Position numbers and translations under genes: made by a program. A model generated the notes under the pieces. The model was not told where the DNA came from, searched no databases, and saw only the letters and a list, made by a program, of their open reading frames with translations. Positions 44,567-54,323 of a DNA stretch of 64,000 bases are shown piece after piece (the first letter of the stretch is position 1; every line of letters starts with the position of its first letter). The DNA is from Polyangiales bacterium (lineage in GTDB: Bacteria > Myxococcota_A > Polyangia > Polyangiales > JADJQN01): the NCBI GenBank assembly GCA_964202905.1, contig CAXNJO010000013.1, positions 32,001 to 96,000 on the forward strand, read 5' to 3'.

Positions 44567-45874
44567 GTGAGCGACCCCCCGCGCCGCCGCCTCGCTCCGC
44601 TCGCTCCGCCCTCGGGGATGCGCGACCTGCTGCATCCTTCGAGCGCCGATCGCCGGGCGCTCAGTGCCCGGCTCCTGCGAACATTTTCGCTTCACGGTTA
44701 CGATCTGGTCACCACCCCCCCCTTCGAGCACGCCGAGGTGCTCGAACGCGGGCTCGCGACGGTCGATCGACGCGATTTGCTGCGCTTCGTCGAGCCCGAG
44801 ACGGGCGAGGTCGCGCTGCTGCGTCCGGACATCACCCCGCAGATCGCGCGCATCGTGGCGACGCGCCTCGCCGACCGGCCCGCGCCCTGGCGTCTCTGCT
44901 ACGACGGCACCGTGATCCGGCGGCGACGCGGCCGCGCCCGGCGTCAGCGTCAGATCGCGCAGTGCGGCGTCGAGTGCATCGGCGTCGACGGACCGGACGG
45001 CGACGCGGAGGTCATCGCGCTCGCAGCGGTCGCCTGCCGCGCGGTCGGCCTCGTCGACTTCCGGATCGAGCTCGGGCAGGTCGTGCCCGGGCGCGCCGCC
45101 CTCGATGCGGTTCCCGCGGGTGTGCGCGACGCGGCCGCCGACGCCCTCGCCCGCAAGGACGGCGCCGCCCTCGACGCGCTTCTCCGGGCGAATGGCGTCC
45201 GCGAGGATGCGCGCGCACGCCTCGACGCGCTGATCTACCTCGACGGCGCGGCCGCCCCGACGATCGCTCGCGCCCGTGCGATCTTCGCGGATGACGCGTC
45301 CCAGCGCGCGCTCAACGAGCTCGCGGCCGTCGCAGCGCGGCTCTCGCTCCTCGGACTCGGCGACGACCTCGTCGGTGTGGATCTCGGCGACGTCCGCGGC
45401 TCCGCGTACTACACGGGCGTTCGCTTCACGCTCCTCGCGGAGGGCCCGGGCGAGGCGGTCGGCGCAGGCGGTCGATATGACAACCTCCTTGCGCAGTTCG
45501 ACGCTCCCGCGCCTGCGACGGGCTTCGCGCTCGACCTCGATCACCTCGAGTGGGCGCTCGCCCACGCAGGGCGCCGTTTCGCCGCCGAGCGCCCCCTGCG
45601 GATCGCGCTCGCTGCCGCAGAGCCGGCCCGGCGCACCGCGATCGCCGACGCGCTCCGCGCGGCGGGGCTTTCCGTCGCGATCGCGCCGGGCCCCGGGGCG
45701 ACAGAGGCCCTCGCCTACGCCCGCGCCTGGGGCCACGACGCCGCGCTGCTCGCGGAGGGCACCGGGACCCACCTCCTGGCCGTCGCGGACGGCGCCGCGG
45801 TCGAGGTCGATCCGCTCGACGCGACGCGCGTCGAGGCGCTCGTCCGCCGTGCTATGAGCGGGCGCGAAACTTAA
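44567..45874 (+). CDS. hisZ: ATP phosphoribosyltransferase regulatory subunit
   Basis: PSGMRD, LRPDITPQIAR, QCGVECIG, YYTGVRF, GGRYDNL and PATGF; directly upstream of purA. Confidence 0.9.
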   Translation: MSDPPRRRLAPLAPPSGMRDLLHPSSADRRALSARLLRTFSLHGYDLVTTPPFEHAEVLERGLATVDRRDLLRFVEPETGEVALLRPDITPQIARIVATRLADRPAPWRLCYDGTVIRRRRGRARRQRQIAQCGVECIGVDGPDGDAEVIALAAVACRAVGLVDFRIELGQVVPGRAALDAVPAGVRDAAADALARKDGAALDALLRANGVREDARARLDALIYLDGAAAPTIARARAIFADDASQRALNELAAVAARLSLLGLGDDLVGVDLGDVRGSAYYTGVRFTLLAEGPGEAVGAGGRYDNLLAQFDAPAPATGFALDLDHLEWALAHAGRRFAAERPLRIALAAAEPARRTAIADALRAAGLSVAIAPGPGATEALAYARAWGHDAALLAEGTGTHLLAVADGAAVEVDPLDATRVEALVRRAMSGRET

Positions 45875-45917
45875 GGTCTCCGGGGCAGCGCCCGCGGGCG
45901 CGAAGGACGGTCGAGCC

Positions 45918-47207
45918 ATGGCAGTCGTGGTGGTCGTGGGCGCCCAGTGGGGCGACGAAGGCAAAGGCAAGATCGTCGACCTCTACACGCAGGACGCCGA
46001 CGTCGTCGTGCGTTACGGGGGCGGCGCGAACGCGGGTCACACCCTCGTGGTCGGCGGCGAGAAGGTGGTGCTCCACCTCGTCCCATCCGGCGTGTTGCAC
46101 GCGCGCACGCGGTGCGTGCTGGCGCAGGGCACCGTCGTCGATCCCGCCGTGCTGCTCCGCGAGATGGACGAGATCGCGAGCCGCGGTCTTCTCGCGCCGG
46201 GCGCGGCGCAGGAGCGCCTCGCCATCAGCGATCGCGCGCACGTCGTGTTGCCGCACCATCCGATCATCGATCGCCTGCGCGAGGCCGAGGCGGGCGCGGG
46301 CGCGATCGGCACGACGAAGCGGGGCATCGGCCCGGCGTACGAAGACAAGGCCGCGCGCCGCGGCGTGCGCCTCGGGGATCTCCTAGACCGGGCCCGCTTC
46401 CAGCCGCGCCTCGAGGCCAACCTCGCGGCCTGGGCGCCCATCGCGCACGCGCTCGGCGGCACGCTGCCGACGGTGTCCGACGTGCTCGACGTCTACCTCG
46501 CCTACGGCGATCGGCTGCGGCCGTACGTGTGCGACACCGCTCGCATCGTCGCGGAGGCCGTCGGCCGCGGACAGAACGTCCTGCTGGAGGGCGCGCAGGG
46601 GACGATGCTCGACGTCGACCACGGCACGTATCCGTTCGTGACGAGTTCGAGCACGACGGCAGGCGGCGCCTGCGCAGGCGCTGGAATCGGGCCGACCGCG
46701 ATCACCCGCGTCATCGGCATCACCAAGGCGTACGCGACCCGCGTGGGCGGCGGCCCCTTCCCAACGGAGCTTCACGGTCCGGAGGGCGAGCGGCTTCGCG
46801 CGGTGGGGGGCGAGTTCGGCGCGACGACAGGGCGCCCGCGCCGCTGCGGCTGGCTCGACATCCCAGCGCTGCGCTACGCGGTGCGCATCAACGGCACCAG
46901 CGCCCTCGCCATGACGAAGCTCGACGTGCTCAGCGGGCTCGACGAGGTGCGCGTGTGCGTTGCCTACGAGCGCCGCGGCGAGACGCTCCACGATCTGCCG
47001 TACGACGATCTCGAGAGCCTCGTGCCGATCTACGAGACGCTCCCCGGATGGCGCGAGCCGCTCTCGCACTGCCGCTCGCTCGACGCACTCCCGCCCGCCG
47101 CGCGCGCGTACGTGCAGCGCATCGAAGCGCTCGCGGGCTGCCCGGTCGGACTCGTCTCGGTGGGCGCCGATCGCGCGGAGACAATCCAGCTCGTTCCGCC
47201 TTTCTGA
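45918..47207 (+). CDS. purA: Adenylosuccinate synthetase
   Basis: QWGDEGKGK, GGANAGHT, GTTKRGIGPAY, EGAQG and EFGATTGRPRRCGW motifs. Confidence 0.98.
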   Translation: MAVVVVVGAQWGDEGKGKIVDLYTQDADVVVRYGGGANAGHTLVVGGEKVVLHLVPSGVLHARTRCVLAQGTVVDPAVLLREMDEIASRGLLAPGAAQERLAISDRAHVVLPHHPIIDRLREAEAGAGAIGTTKRGIGPAYEDKAARRGVRLGDLLDRARFQPRLEANLAAWAPIAHALGGTLPTVSDVLDVYLAYGDRLRPYVCDTARIVAEAVGRGQNVLLEGAQGTMLDVDHGTYPFVTSSSTTAGGACAGAGIGPTAITRVIGITKAYATRVGGGPFPTELHGPEGERLRAVGGEFGATTGRPRRCGWLDIPALRYAVRINGTSALAMTKLDVLSGLDEVRVCVAYERRGETLHDLPYDDLESLVPIYETLPGWREPLSHCRSLDALPPAARAYVQRIEALAGCPVGLVSVGADRAETIQLVPPF

Positions 47208-47342
47208 CGGGGCGCCCCGAGCGCCACCGGGCACGCAGACCTGTACGGGCGCCTCGCGGCGCCCGCGCAGGGTACGTCAGAACCGGTGAAGCCCAACAGG
47301 CGCCTCGACGTTGCGCGGCGCGCGCGGTGGGCAAGGACGCGC

Positions 47343-47537
47343 TCAGCGGAGCTCGAAGTCCTTGCAGAACACGAGCAGCGACGTGCGCTCATTGTGCGCG
47401 CGACGATGCTCGGCCGTTGGGAAGCCATGCGCGCAGCGCTCGTTCGCCTCGTCGAAGAGCGCGCAGTCCTCGCACGACCAGCGGAGGGCGTGTGCCTTCG
47501 CCTCCGCATCGAACGCGGCGTCGCGCGGGATCTTCAC
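47343..47537 (-). CDS. Small putative metal-binding protein (64 aa)
   Basis: GTG 47537 gives MKIPRDAAF...WSCEDCALFD...RCAHGFPTAEH...FCKDFELR; GC3-biased codons; downstream of fabF. Confidence 0.65.
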   Translation of the reverse strand: MKIPRDAAFDAEAKAHALRWSCEDCALFDEANERCAHGFPTAEHRRAHNERTSLLVFCKDFELR

Positions 47538-47607
47538 GCCCGGCCCCGCGCACACAGACGGCGTCGGCCCGGCTTCACGCTGCGCGCGCGGCGACGCCCA
47601 CGCAGGC

Positions 47608-48861
47608 TCACGTCGGCCGCGCGAAGGCGAGCGTGACGTTCGTCCCACCGAAGCCGAAGCTGTTCGAGAGCGCGACGTCGATCGCGTGATCACGCGCCGT
47701 GTGCGGGACGAGATCGAAGCCCGCGGCCTCAGCGTCCGGGTCGTCGAGGTTGATCGTGGGCGGGAGGACGCGGTCACGGATGGCCAACACCGAGAGCGCG
47801 GCCTCGAGCGCGCCCGCGGCGCCGAGCAGGTGGCCTGTCATGCTCTTGGTGCTCGACACGCAGAGCCCGCCGCCGATGGCCCGATCGCCGAACACGGCGC
47901 GGATCGCCTTGAGTTCGTTGATGTCGCCCGTCGGCGTACTCGTGCCGTGCGCGTTGATGTAGTCGACACGGTCCAGGTCGATGCCGGCGTCGCGAATCGC
48001 CATGCGCATCGCGCGCTGCGCCCCCTCGCCCTCGGGCGCGGGCTGCGTGAGGTGGTAGGCGTCCGCAGAGGTGCCATAGCCCACGATCTCCGCGAGGATC
48101 GTGGCGCCGCGGCGGAGCGCGTCCTCGCGATCCTCGAGGATGAGCATCGCGGCGCCCTCGCCCATCACGAACCCATCACGGCCCTTGTCGTAAGGACGAC
48201 TCGCGCGCTCCGGCTCGTCGTTGCGCGTGGACAGCGCACGCATCGCCGTGAACCCCGCGACGCCGAGCGGCGTGACGGTCGCCTCGGCCCCACCCGCGAC
48301 CGCAGCCCGCAGCGCCCCGCGTTGGATCCACTTGAAAGCCTCGCCGATGGAGTGTCCGCTCGAGGAGCAGGCGCTCGTCGTCGTGTAGCTCGGACCGCGC
48401 AAGTTCCAGCGCATGCTGATCTGGCCCGGAGCGAGGTTCGCGATCGTCGCAGGGATGAAATAGGGACTGATCTTCTTCGGGCCCTTCGCCGCGAGCGCGT
48501 GGACGTTGCGCTCCAACGTCTCGAGGCCGCAAAGCCCAACACCGACGAATGTTCCCGTCTCGTCGCGCAGCGCGTCGTCGGGGGCGAAACCGGCGTTCTC
48601 GATCGCCATCTGCGCCGCCGAAAGCGCGAGGTGAATGAACCGGTCCATCTCACGGACGCGCTTCTTCTCGACCCACTTCTCGGCGTCGAAGCCCTTGGCC
48701 TCACCCGCGATCCGGCAGGGATGCTCGCTTGCGTCGAAGAGCGTGATCGGCGCAATGCCGCTCCGCCCGGCGGTCACGTTCTCCCAGGTGGTCGCGGCGT
48801 CGAGCCCGCAGGGACTCGTGATGCCGACTCCGGTGATGACGACGCGACGGGACGTGGACAT
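47608..48861 (-). CDS. fabF: 3-oxoacyl-ACP synthase II
   Basis: RRVVITG, SACSS, DAYH, NAHGTST, KSMTGHLLGAAG and SNSFGFGGTN motifs. Confidence 0.97.
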   Translation of the reverse strand: MSTSRRVVITGVGITSPCGLDAATTWENVTAGRSGIAPITLFDASEHPCRIAGEAKGFDAEKWVEKKRVREMDRFIHLALSAAQMAIENAGFAPDDALRDETGTFVGVGLCGLETLERNVHALAAKGPKKISPYFIPATIANLAPGQISMRWNLRGPSYTTTSACSSSGHSIGEAFKWIQRGALRAAVAGGAEATVTPLGVAGFTAMRALSTRNDEPERASRPYDKGRDGFVMGEGAAMLILEDREDALRRGATILAEIVGYGTSADAYHLTQPAPEGEGAQRAMRMAIRDAGIDLDRVDYINAHGTSTPTGDINELKAIRAVFGDRAIGGGLCVSSTKSMTGHLLGAAGALEAALSVLAIRDRVLPPTINLDDPDAEAAGFDLVPHTARDHAIDVALSNSFGFGGTNVTLAFARPT

Positions 48862-49129
48862 GACTCGCCTCTCACGGTGAAACGACCGAAAGACACTCCG
48901 TCATCAACGACGCGCAAAGGCCCGCACGACGTGGGTGCCGGAAGCCTGTGCAGGTTGTTGGAGACGCGCATGAGCGAAAGGCACGGGCGCCCGCCATGCC
49001 GAGGGCACCCACGCCCAAGGAGGCCTGCGCCCATGCCCCGCTACAGCCAACCGCCTGTCCTCTGACCGCCACGCCACGACGCGCGGCGACGATCCTCCGG
49101 GTGTCGTACCTGCGCCTCCCGGCGTGGCG

Positions 49130-49369
49130 TCACTTGACCGTTGTGCGGCTCGAGATGTACGTCACCGCGTCGCCGACGGTGCGGATCTTCTCGGTGTCCT
49201 CGTCCGGGATGTCGATCTCGAACTGCTCCTCGAAGGCGAGCACGAGCTCGACGATCGCGAGGGAGTCGGCGCCGAGGTCATCGATGAAGGCGGAGCCTTC
49301 CTTGACCTCGTTCACGTCGACGTCGAGCTGCTGCGAGACGATCTCCTTGACCTTCTGTCCGATGTCCAT
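49130..49369 (-). CDS. acpP: Acyl carrier protein
   Basis: DLGADSL and [22 protein letters not shown] 49369 follows GGAGA. Confidence 0.97.
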   Translation of the reverse strand: MDIGQKVKEIVSQQLDVDVNEVKEGSAFIDDLGADSLAIVELVLAFEEQFEIDIPDEDTEKIRTVGDAVTYISSRTTVK

Positions 49370-49410
49370 CCGAGTCTCTCCGGGGTAGGCGCCCACACCG
49401 CGCTCGCCGT

Positions 49411-50157
49411 TTAAACGTACATTCCGCCGTTCACGCGCAGGACCTGCCCCGTCACGTAGCTGGCCTCATCGCTCGCGAGGTACAGCACCGCCGCGGCGAC
49501 CTCTTCAGGACGCCCAGTGCGTCCTGCGGGGGTCTGCGCGAGGATCGACTTCTTCGCGTCGTCCGGCAAGCCCGCTGTCATATCCGTCTCGATGAAGCCG
49601 GGCGCGACGACGTTGACCGTCACGCCGCGCGAGGCGTACTCCCGCGCGAGGGTCTTCGTCAACCCGATGAGCGCGGCTTTCGAAGCGGCGTATACCGCCT
49701 GCCCGGGGTTGCCCGACTCGGCGACGACGCTCGAGAGGTGGATGATGCGCCCGGTCTTCTGCCGCATCATGAAACGCATCGCGCTCTTCGCGCACCAGAT
49801 CGCGCCGGAGACGTTGGTCGCGAAGGTCCGCTCGACCTCCTCGGGCTTCACGCGAATCAGCAACTGGTCGAGCGCGATGCCGGCGTTGCTCACGAGGATG
49901 TCGAGGCGCCCGAGGCGCTTCTGCACTTCGGTAATCGCTGCATCGACGGCCGCCGCGTCGGCGACGTCGAACTGCTTCGCCTCGGCCCGACCGCCGGCCT
50001 CGATGATCGCGGCGACCACCGCCTGCGCGGCGGCTTCGTTGCCCGCGTAGTTCACCACGACGTGCGCGCCGGCGCGCGCGAGCGTCTCGGAAACTGCGCG
50101 GCCGATGCCGCGCGAGCCCCCGGTGACGATCGCGACCTTGCCGCGGAGATCGAACAT
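49411..50157 (-). CDS. fabG: 3-oxoacyl-ACP reductase
   Basis: [28 protein letters not shown] and VNGGMYV; start at ATG 50157. Confidence 0.96.
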   Translation of the reverse strand: MFDLRGKVAIVTGGSRGIGRAVSETLARAGAHVVVNYAGNEAAAQAVVAAIIEAGGRAEAKQFDVADAAAVDAAITEVQKRLGRLDILVSNAGIALDQLLIRVKPEEVERTFATNVSGAIWCAKSAMRFMMRQKTGRIIHLSSVVAESGNPGQAVYAASKAALIGLTKTLAREYASRGVTVNVVAPGFIETDMTAGLPDDAKKSILAQTPAGRTGRPEEVAAAVLYLASDEASYVTGQVLRVNGGMYV

Positions 50158-50186
50158 GCGCGACGCCTCGGCCACTGGCGCGGCGC

Positions 50187-50387
50187 TCAGCTCTCGGAGG
50201 CGCCGGCGGTGGCCTTCTTGGTCACGGCGCGGCCCTTGTAGTGGCCGCACGCCGGACACACGCGGTGCGAGACCATCACCTCGCCGCAGTTCGGGCAGGG
50301 GATAAGATTCGGCGCGACCACTTTGTCATGGTTGGCGCGGCGCATGTTGCGCTTGCTGCGGGTCGTTCTGCGCTTGGGTACCGCCAC
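50187..50387 (-). CDS. rpmF: 50S ribosomal protein L32 (Zn-ribbon type)
   Basis: GTG after [23 protein letters not shown]...CPNCG...[13 protein letters not shown]. Confidence 0.97.
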   Translation of the reverse strand: MAVPKRRTTRSKRNMRRANHDKVVAPNLIPCPNCGEVMVSHRVCPACGHYKGRAVTKKATAGASES

Positions 50388-50415
50388 GGGGACACTCCTT
50401 CTTACTGACTTCGGC

Positions 50416-51063
50416 TTACTTCTTCGTCTCGAGCTTCGTGAGGGCGGCACGAAGCGCACCTCCCCCCGACTCTTCTTCGCCAAAATTCGCGGGGCCGCGA
50501 ATGTGCTCCGGGATCGCGATCCCAGGACAGTCCTCGCGGCAGAGCGGCTGCATCGGGACCTCGAGGATGACGTGTTCGCGCACCAGGGCGTCAAGCACGA
50601 TCGCGTCCCCGACGAACATCTCGCGCTCGAGTTCGTCCGACGCGAGGTCGTCGGCGTCGTCGTCCTCGGGCGGGGACGGGTGTTTGCCTTTGCCGGGCGC
50701 GCGCGCCGGCCGGCCGACCGCGTCGGCTCGCCCGCCCCCCTCGGAGCGTCCACCCGTCTCCACGCGTGCAGGGCTCGCGGGCGCACACAGCGCAGTCAGC
50801 GAAGCCTCGACGGGACAGACGACGTCTTCGAGGCAGCGGTAACAGTCGGAGACGAGCGTCGCACGCACGCGACCACGCACGAGATACTCACTGCCCGACC
50901 GCTGGGCGTGGACCTCGAGGAGGCCGTCGGCCACGCCGGGCGGGGGCGGTCGCACGCCGGGGCAGCCCTCGAGCTCATGCGCGAGCCACGACGCCCTCAC
51001 GGGGAAGGAGTAGTCCTTCCCCAGGTCGTCGAGATCATTCACATCGAGACTGAACTCAGCCAT
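50416..51063 (-). CDS. yceD: YceD/DUF177 family protein
   Basis: [30 protein letters not shown]; conserved position upstream of rpmF. Confidence 0.92.
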   Translation of the reverse strand: MAEFSLDVNDLDDLGKDYSFPVRASWLAHELEGCPGVRPPPPGVADGLLEVHAQRSGSEYLVRGRVRATLVSDCYRCLEDVVCPVEASLTALCAPASPARVETGGRSEGGGRADAVGRPARAPGKGKHPSPPEDDDADDLASDELEREMFVGDAIVLDALVREHVILEVPMQPLCREDCPGIAIPEHIRGPANFGEEESGGGALRAALTKLETKK

Positions 51064-51099
51064 GGCGCGTTCCCCGGCCCGAGGGCTCGAAGGGCGCGA

Positions 51100-51127
51100 A
51101 CTATAGAAGAGCGGGTCAGGGAGTCAA
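51100..51127 (-). promoter_or_regulatory. Sigma70-type promoter of the yceD-rpmF-fab operon
   Basis: On the minus strand, TTGACT (51127-51122)-N16-TATAGT (51105-51100), with A-tracts upstream (51145-51159). Confidence 0.75.
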
Positions 51128-51195
51128 GGCACGAGTCTGCCCTGTTTTCCACGGTTTTTCGGGGTACCGACTCGCCATAAGTGCGCTGCGCCACG

Positions 51196-52143
51196 TCAAG
51201 GTCGGGCCGACTCGGTCGCGGCGGTGAGTCCGGTGGGGCCGAGCGTCAGCCAGAGCGCCCCCGTTCCTGCGCGGCCGCCCTCCGACGTCCGCGCAGCGAA
51301 GCCCGCGAGCGGCGGCACGACGCGGCGGAGTCCGGCACCGGGGAGCGCACGACCAGCCTGCTCGCGCGGCCACGCGGCTACGGCGTCCCGTGCCCCGATG
51401 CGCGACGCGAAGCGCGCGAGGCCCGCGTCCCCGGCCTCCGCGCCATCGACGCCGGCAGCGGGTGCAGCCGCCGCCCAACTGACGAGCACGCGCCGCGCCG
51501 TGTTGCCCGCTTCACCGAGCGCTGCCGCCCGCTCGTCGAGGTCCGCCGCGACATGTCCGCACGCGTCGGCGCTCCGTGCGTAGCGCCCACCCGGAGCGCC
51601 TGCGATCGGCACGAGTTCCGCCTCGCCGAACGCCACGCGCTCGAGCGAGGAGACGTCGAGCACGCGGTCGCGCGCATCCGGATCGAGCGCAGCGAGCGCG
51701 GCCGCGACCACGTCCGGGGCGTCGCGACCGCCCGCGAGAAAGAGCGCGAGTCGCCCGGTGTCTGCGAGCGCGCGGGCCATGTGCTCGGCTGACGCGCGAT
51801 CGTCGCCGAGGCCGCCGAGCACGAGGAGCACGTCCGCATGGCCCGCGACGAGCGCGCGCAGCGCGGGAGACGTGTCCCGCACCACCGGCGCGGGGCCCGT
51901 GAAGGCCGCAATCCGCAAGGTCCCGCGGGACGCGCGCAGCGTGAGCGAGCGGCCGCGGAGGTCGAGTGAGAGGTCGCCGACCGCCCACGCGCGAGACTCG
52001 GGCGCGGGCAGTGCGAGACAGCGGACGAACCCTGTCGCGCCGCCGACGCGCAGCGCATCGGGCACCCCGGTTTCACACCCGAACGCAGCGAGCAGCGCGG
52101 CGACGCCGAGCGCGGAGGCCAGGTTCCGTGGCGGGCGACGCAT
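51196..52143 (-). CDS. Lipoprotein, degenerate metallophosphoesterase-like fold
   Basis: Lipobox AAFGC. The segments LRIAAFTG, DVLLVLGGLG and LFLAGGRD follow the calcineurin-like motif spacing without the metal ligands. Confidence 0.6.
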   Translation of the reverse strand: MRRPPRNLASALGVAALLAAFGCETGVPDALRVGGATGFVRCLALPAPESRAWAVGDLSLDLRGRSLTLRASRGTLRIAAFTGPAPVVRDTSPALRALVAGHADVLLVLGGLGDDRASAEHMARALADTGRLALFLAGGRDAPDVVAAALAALDPDARDRVLDVSSLERVAFGEAELVPIAGAPGGRYARSADACGHVAADLDERAAALGEAGNTARRVLVSWAAAAPAAGVDGAEAGDAGLARFASRIGARDAVAAWPREQAGRALPGAGLRRVVPPLAGFAARTSEGGRAGTGALWLTLGPTGLTAATESARP

Positions 52144-52344
52144 CGCGGAGCGCGAGGGTAGCAGATCGCGCCCGCACGGCGCCGTCCTCGACGCCCGGCG
52201 CGCCCCCACGCGCGGTCGGTTCCGCCGCGTGCGCCCTCCCCCCGCGGTGTTAGAGTCGAGGCGCTCGCCGCGCGGGCGTCCGGCCCGACGCGTGCCACAG
52301 CGGGCGCCCCGAGCGCGACACCCGAACGATCACGAGACCCGCGC

Positions 52345-53184
52345 ATGAGCCAGTTCCAGCGCTTCCAGGGCACCGAGAGCTACCTGACCAGCGAGGCCCT
52401 CGAGTCGGCCGTCAACTGCGCGCTCGTCCTCGAGCGCCCCCTGCTCGTGAAGGGCGAGCCCGGCACCGGCAAGACGCTCCTCGCGGAGTCGCTCGCGGCC
52501 GCGCTGGGCGCGCGGCTGCTGCGCTGGCACGTGAAGTCGACGACCCGCGCGCAGGATGGCCTGTACGTGTACGACACCGTGCAGCGGCTCTACGATTCGC
52601 GCTTCGGCGACGGCGACGTGAAGGACATCCGCCGCTACATCCGCCTCGGGCCACTCGGCGAGGCGATGGCGAGCCCCGAGCGCGTCGTGCTGCTCATCGA
52701 CGAGGTCGACAAGGCGGACATCGAGTTCCCAAACGACCTCCTGCACGAGCTCGATCGCATGCGCTTCGTCATCCCGGAGACGGGCGACGAGGTCGTCGCG
52801 AAGCAGCGGCCCGTCGTCGTCATCACGAGCAACAACGAGAAGGAGCTGCCGGACGCGTTTCTCCGGCGCTGCGTGTTCCACTTCATCGACTTCCCCGACG
52901 CCGATCTGATGCGGCGCATCGTGGCCGTGCACCATCCGCGGCTCGACGAGGCGCTGCTCGAGCAGGCGCTCGCCGCGTTTTACGAGTTGCGGGAGATGAA
53001 GCGCCTGCGCAAACGCCCGAGCACGAGCGAGCTCATCGACTGGATCGCGGTTTTGAAGGCCGCAGGGCTCACCGCGGTGAAGCTCGAGGGGGCGGTGCCC
53101 TTCCTCGGCACGCTGCTGAAGAAGGAGCAGGATCTCGCCTCCCTCGCGGACCAGCTCTCAGGCGGCCGCCGATACCGCAGCTGA
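52345..53184 (+). CDS. MoxR-family AAA+ ATPase
   Basis: Walker A GEPGTGKT, Walker B LLIDEVDKAD, ITSNNEKELPDAFLRRC and PSTSELIDW. Confidence 0.93.
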   Translation: MSQFQRFQGTESYLTSEALESAVNCALVLERPLLVKGEPGTGKTLLAESLAAALGARLLRWHVKSTTRAQDGLYVYDTVQRLYDSRFGDGDVKDIRRYIRLGPLGEAMASPERVVLLIDEVDKADIEFPNDLLHELDRMRFVIPETGDEVVAKQRPVVVITSNNEKELPDAFLRRCVFHFIDFPDADLMRRIVAVHHPRLDEALLEQALAAFYELREMKRLRKRPSTSELIDWIAVLKAAGLTAVKLEGAVPFLGTLLKKEQDLASLADQLSGGRRYRS

Positions 53185-53238
53185 GGCGGCGTGTCCGCGC
53201 GCATCCGCGGCGACGGGAGGCGTAGTACGCTCGATGCC

Positions 53239-54201
53239 ATGAAGGGCTCCTTCTCCCTCCGGGTCGCGCGCGCGGTCCTGTGCGTCGCGCTCACCCTGCC
53301 CCCGCTCGGCTGCGCAGCGGGCAGCGACACTCCGCTCGACCTCGGCCGCGACGCGCGGATTCCCGCATCGCCCGACCTCGGCGCAGCGGACCTCGGCGCA
53401 GCGGACTTCGGCGCGGGCGACGCAGGCCCGGGCGACCTCGGCGCAGCGGACCTCGGTGCGGCAGACCTCGGCGCCAACGACGCCGGCCCGGACGACCTCG
53501 GCGCGGCAGACCTCGGCGCGGAGGACGCGGGCCTGCGCGATCTCGGCGCGGCCGATGCGGGCGCGATCGACCTCGGCGCTCGGGATTTGGGCGCGGCGTC
53601 CGGCTATCGGCACACCATCGCCATCGATGGTGTCGACGACTTCGACCCGGCCGACCGGTTCGCGACGACGACGACGGGCTACGGCGCGCGCTTGAGCTGG
53701 GACGCGACGTCGCTCTACGTCGGGATGTCGGGGCCCGACATCGGCTCCGGGAGCGCGACGCGGTGGCTCGTCGTGTACCTCGACACGAACGGCGTGCTCG
53801 GCGGGACGCGGACGGGCGTCACGTACAACACGCAGACCCCGCTGCTCCCCGCCGGTTTCCTGGCCGACTACGCCTTCCGCTGGAAGGCGGACAACAGCTT
53901 CCAGAGCGTGCAGCGCTGGAGCGGCAGCGCGTGGGAAGAGGCCGCGATCACGCCTTCGACGTTCCAGTCGGGGACGTTCGTGGAGACGCGCATCTCGTTC
54001 TCCGACCTCGGCACGCCTGCGGTCGTCGGCGTCTCGATGCTCATGCTCAACGAGGCCGCGGGCGGCGAGTTCACCTACGCCGGCGCACCCGCTGGCACCT
54101 TCTCCGATGGCTACTACGGAACGATCCCGGTGACGCGCTGGATCGCCGCGGACCGCGCCCTCTCCGCGCCGCCCAACGACGCGAGCCGCGTGCGCCCCTG
54201 A
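53239..54201 (+). CDS. Lipoprotein with (DLGAA)n linker and a C-terminal beta-sandwich (putative carbohydrate-binding) domain
   Basis: Signal/lipobox PPLGC, a pentapeptide repeat linker, then HTIAIDGVDDF...SWDATSLYVG...VYLDT. Confidence 0.75.
   Translation: MKGSFSLRVARAVLCVALTLPPLGCAAGSDTPLDLGRDARIPASPDLGAADLGAADFGAGDAGPGDLGAADLGAADLGANDAGPDDLGAADLGAEDAGLRDLGAADAGAIDLGARDLGAASGYRHTIAIDGVDDFDPADRFATTTTGYGARLSWDATSLYVGMSGPDIGSGSATRWLVVYLDTNGVLGGTRTGVTYNTQTPLLPAGFLADYAFRWKADNSFQSVQRWSGSAWEEAAITPSTFQSGTFVETRISFSDLGTPAVVGVSMLMLNEAAGGEFTYAGAPAGTFSDGYYGTIPVTRWIAADRALSAPPNDASRVRP
53374..53598 (+). repeat. Degenerate 15-bp coding repeat, 15 units (D-L/A/F-G-x-x)
   Basis: GACCTCGGCGCAGCG-like units are visible in tandem. 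Confidence 0.85.
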
Positions 54202-54323
54202 GCCCCTGAGCCCGCTGGCGCGCGCACCGAGCGCGCGTCGCCGGCCGTTCGTCCCAGCGCGCGCCGCGGCCTTCCGATCACGCACCGATGGGCGCCGTAC
54301 TGTGCGGCGCCTACGTGCAGCGC

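Noticed and set aside
44567..47207. hisZ-purA adjacency, and hisZ as a second histidyl-tRNA synthetase
   Set aside because: hisZ-purA is a well-known conserved pairing, and the motifs and context fit HisZ.
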